From Moniliella sp. 'wahieum' (taxonomy: Eukaryota), in contig RSEE01000029.1 of the NCBI GenBank assembly GCA_003971905.1, positions 310,001-374,000 on the forward strand: 64,000 bases of DNA. The letters are read 5' to 3'. Of this stretch, positions 1 to 11,764 are shown one piece after another; position 1 is the stretch's first letter; each line of letters begins with the position of its first letter. The notes below the pieces were generated by a model, which was given only the letters and a program-made list of their open reading frames with translations, had not been told where the DNA came from and searched no databases. Position numbers and translations under genes: made by a program.

Positions 1-1552
1 TAGCTTCACAGATCTCACAACTACGGACGAAATCAGCTCCTCTACTTTCTCCAATTTGCCGGAGTCCTCCACCCGTTCCGCTTCCAATGCGGAAAGCGAC
101 CCGAGCACCACCATTGGCCCAACCGCTTCCTCTTCCCTGACAAGTACATTTTCTCAGCCCAGGTCTTCTTTGCTGTCGATTTCGAACACTGCAACACACG
201 AGACGGGATCCGTCACCATCTCGTCCTCCGTCCCAGCTCCAACATCGGCCCCTGTATCTTCGTCGGCGATTGTGTCGTCAACCACGGAGGCCAGTGCAGA
301 ATCGTCCAGCAACTTTGATTCTTCCTCTTTCGAGGCTTCCTTCAGTTCAACGGGGCTACCGTCTGCATCTTCTCCTACCGCTTCGAACCATGCACCTGGT
401 TCCAGCTCCGTTCTGAGCTCCAGTTCCCCCCTGAGCTCTAGCACCGAGAGGTGCTTCAACCGTGACCAGTAGTAGCTATCCCATTTCTTCGACTGCCGTT
501 GCTGGCTCAAGCCATTCCTCAGCTCCTTCCAGCTCGGAAGTGCCCATCAGTTCGACTCCTGGTTCATATTCAAGTGTTGCAGAACAGAGTAGCACCTTTA
601 TGCAAAGCAACGGGCCCAGTTTCCTCCTCAACTCCATCCAGCTCCCCTCTACTTTCATCGAGCATTGCTGCATCGTCTACAACAGATGCGGAATCTACTT
701 CGAGGGCCTCAAGCACGTTGCTTTCCTTGTCAGGTTCATCAACCCAACCTCCCTCATCTGAGAGTACCACGTTGGGCTCCTCGACAACCACGTCCCCGAC
801 TTCTTCTGATGTCCTAGCCACTAGTACTGCTTCCGAATCTCGATCGACAGTGACGCAGACCTCCACTTCTTCACTTGTTCACTCTTCAGAGTCATCATCA
901 ACGTCGAAGACCGTGTTCACCTTTCCCTCTGCATCGTCCGGTTCAATGGTGGTCTCCATCCCGCTCAGCCTCCCCCCACCGAGGTGGTGGAAACGTTGAC
1001 AGCGACGCCATCGGGAGGAGGGCCAGGATCGGTGGTCACCTTGACCTCGACTGCCGTCGCCCCGCCTCCGTCGGCGTCTGCAGTGATTGCGGCGATCCCA
1101 ACGACGGCCACGATCGTGGCGGTGCAGGATTTGACGGCGACCCAGACGGTGGTAGAAACGGCTTCGGCCGTGGGCACGAATGTACGTATTTCTCTCTACG
1201 CTTTTGTTTGCAGCCGTGAACAACAAGGAACGGGTTGTGGTTGTGGGCAATAGATCAACGCTGGTGTACTGACTCTTCTCTTCTGTTGTTGTTGATGTTC
1301 CGAAAATTTGGATCGGAATAGGAAGCTGGGTCTTTGACCACCTCGGAGCTGGTTCAGACCATCGTTCTTGTGCCTGTGACCCAGGGCATGTCAACCTTGA
1401 TCCAGGTTACTCCCATCTCCCCTGGGCAGTTGGCCGCGGCAGACAGCGGGGGTGGCCATATGACGACGCAGCCGATCCCTCCCCCTTTTATGCTCCTTGG
1501 GCTTCTGGCCATCATGTTTTTGTCTGGACGCTTGTTTGCGGGAAGACTGTAA
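1..1552 (+). CDS. Ser/Thr-rich, probably GPI-anchored cell-surface protein (5' end outside the window, frameshifted)
   Basis: Overlapping S/T-rich ORFs 56-472, 462-761, 499-999, 984-1253 and 1334-1552. Probable intron 1182-1321 (GTACGT...TACTGAC...AG). C-terminus DSGGG-spacer-hydrophobic tail (FMLLGLLAIMFLSGRLFAGRL*) resembles a GPI signal. Confidence 0.65.
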
Positions 1553-2989
1553 AACAAAATTCCATAGTTGAACCCCCCCCCCCCCCAATACCAAAACTCA
1601 CTTGTTTGGTCAACGTGACCCGGACCTTTTCCTCTCGCTTTGGCATCCGTTCTCTTGTTCTCCACGAAAATGGACTCGGGGACTTTTTGCTGCTCTCTCT
1701 TTCTCCCATCTCGTTCTGATTCGAAGAGGGAGTTGTGGGCACAGAGCACACACACTTGCTGTGTTTCCAAAACATGCTCACTTTTCTCACTGGGCCCGTT
1801 CGCCCTTGTTGGGTTTGTTTTTACCGCGCATATCTTCTTCCCTCCACACTTCCGTTTCCATGCAGCGACCCAGCACAGCCTGACGGCGAGAGGAACCGTC
1901 TCGAGATGATGGGCGAGAGGAGAAGCTCTATGGATTCTGGGTTCTTTTTCTTCCATCATATCATAACAAGAACAAGGTTCTCACCGTTCTCCGTTTCAGC
2001 ATCCAGTATACTCGGTTCATAACCCCCATCGACCTTATGTGGGTTGACATGGCCATGGTGCGGGGGAGCGCACGTCGTTGTCCGCAATTCCATTTCAGTG
2101 CCCACTCCTCTTGTCTTCTCTCGTCTCGCTGAAGCGTACAGTGTTTTTGGCATCACAGGCATAAGCATCCATGCATGAATGTGCACTCTTCCAACGGAGG
2201 TAGCAGGTGGAACAAGCCGCATGGGGGCGGTAGATGTGTGCGATCGGGACAACAGCTGGCCTGGGGCTGGTGGAGATGCAGGTGCCGAGGGTTGGAAGTG
2301 AAGAGGGGAGGGTGGGTGTCGAGGGAAGATGCAGGATGTGTGGTTGGTGATGAGTAGTGGGTGACCTCTGCTTCATGGTTTCATTCATGATGCTTGGTTA
2401 ATGACATGTGTGACACGTGTCGACGGGGCCTTGGGCGTTGGGCGATGCGATGGGTGCGCGGGGTGCGGCGGGCGGCACCGGGCGACTTGGATGGGGGGGG
2501 CTGCATGTGGGTCGGAGACAGGCGCTGTGCTGGGGCGGACATCACAATTGTGGATCCGGGGGGCGGCCGGTGAGCAGCAGAGAGTGGCGTGGTGCGGCGG
2601 CGAGGCGCTGGCGGGGGACGCATGCAGGCAGGGGGGCGCTGTGTGCTCGGCTGGGACTGGCTGGCTCCTCGCTGCTCTGGGCGCCAGCCGACTCTCGCGG
2701 CAGCTCTCCACGCAGCCCGCAGCAGCCAGCAGCGCAGAGCACAAGCACCCCCCGCAGCAGCACGCTGTCCCACGCAGGCAGCGCGGCAAGGTGCTTTGCT
2801 GTGACTGGCCGGTGACGACGACTGAGCAGCCCCACCGACGCGTGAGCTCCTCAGTGGCTCGTCCGCATTCACATCCAACGCGGCCCACCACCACCTCCAT
2901 CTCCACTTCCCTCCTCCTTCCCCCCCCCCCCCTGCACCCTCGCCGCTTGCAGGCAGGCGGTACTCCCCACCCCCACCCCCCCCACCGCC

Positions 2990-5900
2990 ATGGCCTCTGC
3001 TGCAACTGGCGGCCAGTCCGCCAGCCTCACTCTCGACACCGCCCGCGCCGCCCAGATCGCCGCACGCAACCAGGCCGCCAAGCTCGCTGCCCTCCAGGCC
3101 CAGGCCGACGTCCACCACGTCGGCGACGCTGGCCTCACCACCGGCGCGCAGGGCGCCCAACTGTACAACCCCCATGCCGCCGAACACAGTGGCTTCAGCG
3201 ACGAGGCCGACGACTACGCTGATTCCCTCGGCCCGTCCGCCGCTGGCCTGGCGGGCAGGGGCGCCGCCGCCATGTCCCTTGTACCCGGCGAATACATGGG
3301 TGAGTACGCGCACGAGTACGGAGGCCAGTATGTTTCGGGCGGGTACGCATACGACGAGGAAGAGGACGAGGACGACTATGGCGAGGAGGACGAGGACGAG
3401 GGCGACCTGTCTTCCTCTCCTTCCATCCCCGACGAAAACATCGACTTTGATCTCGTCTATGCCCTGCACAACTTTATTGCCACTGTCGAAGGACAGGCGA
3501 CTGTCCAGAAGGGCAACAGTCTCACCCTTCTCGATGACTCCAACTCCTACTGGTACGTTCCCTTGCCCCCGTTGCTGGCTCGAGTTTGACCGACAACGCT
3601 TCGATGGCCAGGTGGCTGGTGCGCGTCCTACATACCCAAGAGGTGGGCTACATCCCTGCCGAAAATATCGAGAGCCCCTTTGAGCGTCTGGCTCGCTTGA
3701 ACAAGCATCGCAATGTGGACCTCTCCTCAGCGACGCAAGCGGACCAGGTGCAGGTACAGGAGAACATCCAAAAGTCCTACCTGGTAAAGACGCGCGAGCA
3801 GCGCGTCAACATCCTTGCCTCGTCGGGCAAGCGCTCGGCCCTGTCTCGCCGCGTGGATGGCGCGACGCCTGCCGTTTTGGCCAATCGGCGCAAGTCGGCC
3901 GTCATTTTTGGTAATTCCACTGTCCTCGAGCTGAGTGATCATGAGGAATGGTCGGAAAATGACGAAGAGGGTGGCTACTACGACGAGGAGGAGGAAGAGG
4001 AAGATGAAGATGACGAGGCCGAAGGCGAGGGCGAAACAGAGGAGGCCAACGAACGAGCTCGCGCCCAACAAACAGAGCAACCCCTCTCGCAAGGTCAGCC
4101 CTTGTCTCAACAGCACCTCGCCCTCCAACAGCAGCAGCACGACGCCTACGCCCAGCAGCAGGCGCAGTATGCTTCAGGACGGATCGTCGACCAAAATCAA
4201 GAACCCAATACCACTGGGCAGCAGTACCAAGAGGAGTTGCAGTATGGCAACCGGTCCCAGCAGCAATACGGTCAGCCAGCAGGCCTTGCCGCACAGCAAG
4301 GTTATGGATCTCAGCAGCCCCAAACGCGCTCTGACGTTCGGTTAGAGGGGGCGACGCAGATGCAATCTCACCAATACTATTACCAGCAACAGGAGGATCA
4401 ACGTCTCCTACAGCAGCAACAGCAGCAACAGCAGCAACAGCAACTACTGCAACGACAGCAACAGCAGCAAGCAACAACAACAGCAGCAACAATGGCGTCA
4501 GCAAATGCTCCAACAACAACAGGCTCAAGAGCAGCAGCGTCAATCTCAGCTGGTACAAGAGAATCGGCTTTCGCCTGTTCAGTCTACCACTGGGCCACGC
4601 TACTCTCCGGATATTCGAGTACATTCCCCCCACAAGACACAAGCATGCGCTCCCAGGAGAGCGGTGCTTCGCCTCCTTCAGATGCTGGGTCGAGCTCGCC
4701 TAACGGGGAAAAGCAACCAAAAAAGCGGTCAAGCGTCTTTGGGATATTCTCTCGGCATAAGAAGGAGCGCGCGAGTCCCGTATCGGCTACTGGAACGAAT
4801 GATGGGGTGTCGGATGAGAGTAGCATCCGCCCTCTGTCATCGAGCGTGGATCCAGGGTCAACGTTGGCTCCGCAACTGGCGTTCTCTTCTCCTCCGCCGG
4901 AGGGTGTGCAGGCTCCTCCTTCCCCTCGTATGTCGATGCAGCCTGACAACAGCCGTCTATCGATCTACGGAGGCTTGGTCTCGTCAGGCTCAGGAGGAAT
5001 GTCCAGCTCGGGTTCGGGACACACCTTTTCCGGATGGCTCGCCCTCGACCAGGCAGCTTAATTGTCCCTGGCGGGGATACTTCAGTACCGATGCTCAACG
5101 TTCTCCGTGTCTTTGCTGCGGCCAATTTGGAAACTGCCTCGACATACAAAACAGTGTTGCTCAACGAGACGACGACGGCGAATGAGATTGTCAAGCAAGC
5201 GGTTCAGCGCTTTGGTATTCGACGACGCTCCGCTCTGTCCGCTGCCGGCGACCGCCTATCATCTGATGTGCAGGCCGAGTTTGCCCTGCAAGTACGAATG
5301 GCGGATGGGGAAGAGCGCATATTGCGACCGGAGGAAGTGCCTCTCAAAGTATACGAGCACATCACGGAGCATGAGGCCAACGCTCTCATGCCCCGCGTGC
5401 GTCGTTCTAGTGTGGGATCAATCTCGTCAGTTACGTCCAACTTGAGCGCCAAGTCAGCCATCACCAAGTTGAGTCATGACTTTAGTGACGATCACGCTGT
5501 CAAGTTCTTCCTTACGCGTCGTCCTCGGCCTGGCATGCTCAGCAATGCATCAAGTCTCGCGTCAATCACCAATCCATCCTCTTTGGCGCCCTCTGCGGCC
5601 TCTGAAGCCGAGCCGCCTACACGATTTGGGATTCGTATTGATCTTCCCCAATGAGCTCCCGCATTCTCTCGCCTTTGACCCCTCCAGCTCGGCCATCGTA
5701 CGGCGCAGTATGCTTGCTGATCTTTCGCGTCACGGCAGCTCCGGTAGTACTGGTCGTGGTACTGGGGAGGTAAACCAAGCTTATCGGGAAAAGATCTTAG
5801 CCATCCCACGCTCGGCCACCGTGGCCGAGGTGATTGAACAGGCGCTGGAAAAATTTGGCATCCATCAAGGCGTTGCTGAAGGAGGCGACGAAGAAGAGAC

Positions 5901-7630
5901 CCGTCGCAACAATGGGACCGACGAGGAGGAGGCCACTATTCCCTATGGCATGACAGCGGATGTGGATCGCACTGAACATCCTCTCCGCCCCAACTCGGCA
6001 GTGTACGATGCGTTCCGTTCACCTCCTTCCCTACGCCCTGTCGCACGCGATTGGAACAACACCGATCGACGAAGTTTGGACAGCAGTACCATGCTCAACC
6101 TCTTGGCCGACATGCGCAGTACCGACCCTGTCTTCATCCTCCGCCAACAGCAGCACATTTACGGTACCCTCAGCGCCCCCATCAGTCGCACCGCCCGCGC
6201 CTGGAGCCCAACCGAACGTGCCTTGGCATCCAAACGCGACGCGCGACGCAAAAGTCAGCTGGACCTTGTCCGTACTGCTCCCGATGTTAGCGCGCTCCGC
6301 GAGGCTGAGTCCGAGGCTGGCATGGGTTCCAGTGGCACCCCTCCCACTAAGCCTGTAACCGCCTCTGACCCCCCGAGCACCCAGCTGTCTGCTGCACAGG
6401 GATCCGCAACCCCTGCTTCCGACGATGAGCAGGCCCGTCGGCACGAGATGATTGCAGCCCAGCGGGTTAAGGCCCGTGCGCTCGCTATGGAGGCTGCGCG
6501 CAAAGGTCACGGCGGGGCGGCGGTGCTGCTGCCGCTTCGACCCCGGCCGACGCTGGGACCCAGCCTGGTGGCCAACCTACCGCCGCGCCCCGAAATGTGG
6601 GAGGAACGCTGCCGATGCCTACCCATGCTGCGCCTGACTCGGAGCCTACTACCCCCGATGTGACCACCGAACCCGAGGAGGAGGAACCGGACGCGATTGA
6701 TGCCATCTTGAACCATGTAATGCAAGGTGGAGATGGGGAGAGTGACGTCTCGTCCCTTACCCGCTCCCCCGACGAGTCTCACTTCTCTTCGATTGCGGCT
6801 GTTGCATCCGGGCGGGGCGGTGAGATGGGTCCAGAGGAATCCGCGGCCGTGGAGTCTCTCCGCCCAGTTGAGCCGCTCCATCTCCGTCGCCCTTCTCCCC
6901 CACCACGGGGAGCAGGATGGTGTCGGATACCAAGGATGCGTCGGACACGTCGCGTGCCACCTCCGCATTGGACGTTCCTGGTGCTTGGGTCTCGCAAAGT
7001 AGCAGTGCCACCCCAACCCCGGCGCCGGAGGATCGAAATGGACTTGCACCCGGAGGGGAACTGGCATGCCTGCCGCCAACGCCGCAGCGGTGGGTGGTGC
7101 AGGCTCGACTGCTACTACCCTATCCTCCCGGACGCTACCCAATCCAATGCAGCAATCCAGCGCCTCCCCCGCGTCGGCCGCCGCGCCGTCCTTGGCATCC
7201 CCTCCGTCGCCCAGCTCCCGCCAGTGGCTCCCACGGTCCCAAACGGGTCCTTGGTCCCGGGCCCTGCGGTCCAGGCGGATGGCCAACTGGGTCCAATCAA
7301 CCTGGACCACCTGTACGCCCTGATGGATGCTGCCACCCTTCCCTCGCGACCGACGGGGAAAGTCCCGCTCTGCCTCACGGACTGGGAGCAGCATGGCCAC
7401 GTACCCGTCCCTCTCGTCGGGGTGGGGTGGCGCATCGTGGCCCGATGCCCAGTCGGTTCGGGCGCACGAAGCGCTACAGCTGCGCGAGCGTAGTTTGCTC
7501 GTGCCCTCTTTGGGCGGCCAGGCCATTGCCCCCCGTGCCGGCATGGTACAGTACGATGGAAGGGCAACTGACCCAGCTGGGCCAAACCTTGGACCACCTC
7601 TTGGTCGAGGCGCTGCGGTTGCCCAACTAG
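2990..7630 (+). CDS. TEA4: Tea4/Bud14-family polarity scaffold with SH3 and Ras-association-like domains
   Basis: IPDENIDFDLVYALHNFIATVEGQATVQKGNSLTLLDDSNSYW|WLVRVLHTQEVGYIPAENIESPFERLARLNKHRN, joined across intron 3553-3611 (GTACGT...CAG). RA-like segments VLRVFAA...YKTVLLNETTTANEIVKQAVQRFGI and EKILAIPRSATVAEVIEQALEKFGI. Contains acidic and poly-Q tracts and several 1-nt frameshifts. Confidence 0.88.
4408..4520 (+). repeat. (CAG/CAA)n poly-glutamine microsatellite inside TEA4
   Basis: Imperfect run cagcagcaacagcagcaacag...; an apparent frameshift lies within the tract. Confidence 0.85.
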
Positions 7631-8549
7631 CCTACCTACCTACCTATACGTACTTCGGTGGCCACCGTCGTCCTGAGGACCGACCTGCTTTTAGGTTTTC
7701 TTTTTTTTCTTTTGTTTTGTTTTACCCTTAATACCCTCTCTCCTCTTGGACCTCTGGACCTCTTCCGCTCCCTTCCCCTCGCCACGCTTGCTCCTTTTTT
7801 TCGCTCCCTTGAACGCGTTCTTGCCGTGTACGATGCTCGTTCTCTACCCCCTCTCGTTCCTGCCCGGTGGATCCTCCGTTTCCGTTTTCCCATTCGTTTT
7901 TGTGTTGGGCTCGTGTTGTTAGTGTCCTTATAGCCCGCCCCATAGAACGTGCACCTGCTGTGTGCGACTGCCCCCTCCACCCATCCCTCCCGCCCAGTCC
8001 GCTCGGTCGGTCCCCTGCTGGCTGGGGTGCTGGGTTAGCTCGGTCCGAGGGCACGGGGGTGGACGGGAGCGGTAGGATGCAGGCAAAATAGATAGCACCA
8101 AATGGCCGTAGAACCGTGCCAGAGAGCACATTACGGTCCCGACAGTAGTGGCATAGATCTCTTGAGTCCTCGGCGGCTTACCCCTTGGGAACAAACAGGG
8201 GAAGCCTGTGGAAGCTTTCGATTCGGTTTCAAGTCAATGGGAACGCCGAGTTCACCGACGGCACACACCGTCTCGACTAGTCGATTGGCGATTGGCGATT
8301 GCAACCCCGCAAAGCGGTCTGGAGTGGAGTGGAACAAATCCATTATAGATGCAGAGAGGTCCAGGTACAAGGAGATGGAAGGTGGGTGCAAGCCGCTCTA
8401 TGACAAAGACCATTGCGCCAGAGGACCGACCAGGGCCGGCAGGAAGACGGCAGAAGGGGGAAAGGGAAGGGGTATCCCAGCATAACATGTCCACAAGACC
8501 GCAAATCACAGAGCAAGGTAACAGAAGAAGAAGAAACTAAAGGCAGTCC

Positions 8550-11500
8550 CTAGCGACACCAAAGCTTGCCCGCGATAAGCGAGATGATCGAGGTGGTCGA
8601 GACAATTGTGCTCCCGTCGGTCCGCTGCACCCCAGTTGGGCATAACGTTGAGGAGGGCAGGGGAGAGCGCTCTCGGCGCACCAAGTGACAGGTACCTGGC
8701 ACCTGGCACCTGGTACCTCCCTTCACCCTCCGTGGCTTCCTGACGTGACAACCGGATCGTTCAGCTGAGGACAATCCGTCGACTCGGGGGTTAAGCCCTC
8801 GACGGTGGGCCGAATGCGCCGAGCGGTGAGAAGCACTTCGTCCCACCCCTGTTGCCGCCGCCACTGCGGCCACCGCACTGCGACACGATGCCGAACGCGA
8901 TACCCCCGAGCGTCCGGAAGCCGAACGGGACGAAGAGGTGCGAGTGTCGTGCCCGGCCGTGGAAGCCGGCCCACCAGAAGCAGTACCAGAGGCAGTGCCA
9001 GGGGCAGTACCAGGGACAGTACCAGGGACAGTACCAGAAACAGTGCCAGGGGCGACGCCAGGCGTCTTCCCATGCACCCCCATGTTGGGCCCCGATTGGG
9101 GTTTGGCTTGCGGCAGTGCGTGCCCAGTGGAGCGGGGGTGGGCCGAGGTGCTGAAGCAGGCGCTGAAGTGAGAGTGGGTGTGGATGTAGGGGCGCGAGGC
9201 GGACGGCGTTGGGCAGGCAGATGAGCCGAGGGCAAAGAGAACAAGGTCCGGCCCAGCAAGCGACTGGTCCATGACGCTTTGCGTTGAGGGGGAGAAGGCA
9301 CCGCAGGCAAAGGTGGAGGTAGAGGTGGAGGGTGGGAGGAGCAAGTACGTTGCCCTTGCGTCGGCGAATGGACAGTCGGTGGCCCAATTCGCTCACACCC
9401 GAACTGGAGAAAGGTAAGGCCTTGAGGGTGGAGTGGGAGGTACGGTACGACTCCGATCCGGACCCTGAGAGCGACATCAAGGGAGCCGAGGAGGCGCGAC
9501 CGTGTCCTCGTATCAACGGTGGTTCAGCAACCGGAGGAAAAGGCGTTCAGGTGGGGCGAGCGGATGAGGATTGGCTCGTTCCTGGTGGACAGGACCGTGG
9601 GTGTCGGGAATGGGCGACGGGGCGTCGGCGTCTTCGGAAGCAAGCAGGCGCGGTGGAAGGGCGGTGGAGATGATGCGGGCTTTGGAGGGGACGCGTTTCG
9701 CCGGTGCGTGTGTAGCGAGGAACGGAAGAGCTTGCGGCGGAGGCGCAAGAACGGCGGTGAGGTCAAAGCAAAGGTCGAAGGAGAAGCGCAAACTGCGTCG
9801 GAAGGATGACATTCTCGCTCCTCAACGGGACTGGCGAGGGTGGGAACGGTGCGACCGCTACTGTGAAGCCCACAACTGTACGTACTGTGAGAGACCGAGG
9901 TGTAATTCGTCTGTTCACTCGCGCGTCTTCGGTCCCAGTCGTCGGTTGTGGCAGTCATGACGGTGGTGGGGGGTGGTGGGTGCAGTTGGTGGCCGCATGG
10001 AAGCGCTCACTGGCGATGCAGAGGGTAGACGCGGATAGGCAGAACGGTACAGGGGGCCGAGAGAAGCTGATGCGGCCAATGCCGCCGTGGACGTGGATGC
10101 GCCCCGCCACATCCCAGCGGACGGTCGTCCTGCCGTTCCAAGTACAGATGCATCGGCTGGTGCGGACAAGGGCACGTTCGGGTCAAAGTCGCACAACGTC
10201 CCCGGTCGCGAGGAAGGAGCAGACACGCCGTCCTCCAACGAAGTTTCCCCTTCCTCCCTAAGTGCTGTTGATTGGCGTAACGAGGGCGGAAGCGATGCGC
10301 CCCGCGGCAAGATGGCCGGTGCCTGGGAGAACGCACTTGTACCTGTGTCTGGTGCTTTAGTACCAGCCTCGGAAGCGGGAAGCAAGGCCCGATGGTGTAG
10401 AATGAGCAGCTCCAGCGCATGGACGGCGAGTTTGTGCTCCTCGGGGTGGGTCAAGAGGGAAGGGTGGTTGAAGAAACTGGGCTGAAAAATCACGGCGAGA
10501 TTGGCGGCCGTCATAAAGTTAACCTCATGGTTCGCAGCCACCACGGCCAGCAATTCGAGGAGTAGAGCACCAGGTCGCGGTTCAAACGGGGGCATTGAGC
10601 AAGCAATTGACGGAAGCGGAGGATCTCCGGGGGTAGGGATGTGGTGTGTTTGAGCCAGCGCCCGAATCCGCGCCAGAGGCTGTAGCTGTTCTCCTGCCCG
10701 ACCAGCAGGCACACTCGCAGTCGGAACAACCGCGACACCCCTTGGCTCTCCGTCAGCATCGGGCCCACGAGAAAGTCGACCGTTTAGGGAGGAAGGGTAC
10801 GGGGAGGGGGAGGGGGAATGGGAATGAGAATGGGAGTGGGAGTGGGAGTGGGAATAGGAATAGGGGCGGGAATGTGAAACAGCCGACGCAGGAGTAGAAG
10901 ATACAGGTGAGTGAGGAGAAGTAAAAAGATGACCCCCGCCGCCGAGGCAGCGGTCCAACTGTCGACGGACGCACGGACGCGTGAGTGGGGGAGAGGGGTA
11001 GGTGAGAAGCCAAAGTAGGCAGGGTTGCTTGCGATGACCGTTTGGCGAAAGGCCATCCACAAGTCTCGTGGGACCAAAGGATCCGGGAGGGAGGTGAGGT
11101 AGCGGCGGAGCACACAAGCAGCGTCATGCACTGTATAGTAAGGTTCGTCTGACGGTGGGTCCAAACCAAAGTCGACGTGGCTGCCATAGCTGGGAGCGAG
11201 CTCAAATTCGTCCTGAAGCTCGCGCATGCGGCGTTGGGACCCCACTTTGCGGAAGATGCCTTCGACATGAACTGCATGCGCGGTCAGCAGGGATCCGATG
11301 CGGAGCACGACATAGGGAACGCAGGCGTCGGCTGCCAGACCCAAACTGTTCGGAACGGGGGACCAAGCGACCTGGATGGAGTGGGCGAGCGGGACGCCAA
11401 AGACACGCGAGACGGATGGAGGAGAGGGGGGAGGAGCGCAGAGGAAGGCGAGGGGGACACGGGGCGGGTGGAGGCGGACCTGGCGTGGCGGGAAAGCGAG

Positions 11501-11764
11501 CCTCGGAAGCGGCCGAGAGCTGCTCCTACGACCCAGGGTGCACGGGTGGGTGGCGCAGGGGGGGCGGAAGAGGGGGACGAGGCGGGGCGGGGGGGTTTGG
11601 AGGCGTGACGAATGGTGCTGCGCGTGGCCCGCCGAGACGGGGGAGCGGGGGAGCTCATGGGGGCAGCGGCGGCGGCTGACAGGCGAGGGGGAGGAGGAGG
11701 TGGTGGGGGTGGAGGTGGAGAGGATGTGACGCCGACAGCTGCCTGGGTGCGGGCGGCTGGACAT
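8550..11764 (-). CDS. Rho GTPase-activating protein (Sac7/Bag7-like RhoGAP) with long disordered flanks
   Basis: RVFGVPL...VPYVV...EGIFRKVGSQRRMRELQDEF...YTVHDAACVLRRYLTSLPDPLVP (ORF 10784-11764, arginine finger present) and LLELLAVVAANHEVNFMTAANLAVIFQPSF (ORF 9915-11117). The 3' end is uncertain because of frameshifts. Confidence 0.82.
8979..9062 (-). repeat. 12-bp tandem repeat, probably encoding (P/S)GT(V/A) units in the RhoGAP tail
   Basis: About 7 imperfect CAGTACCAGGGA-type copies; ORF 8550-9344 reads GVAPGTVSGTVPGTVPGTAPGTASGTASGG. Confidence 0.75.

Noticed and set aside
2381..3469. Long antisense or alternative-frame ORFs (also 6507-7544, 23293-24210, 28198-29022, 42642-43298, 43729-44544, 53172-53858)
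   Set aside because: Shadow ORFs of GC-rich coding or promoter DNA with no recognisable domains; most overlap well-supported genes.
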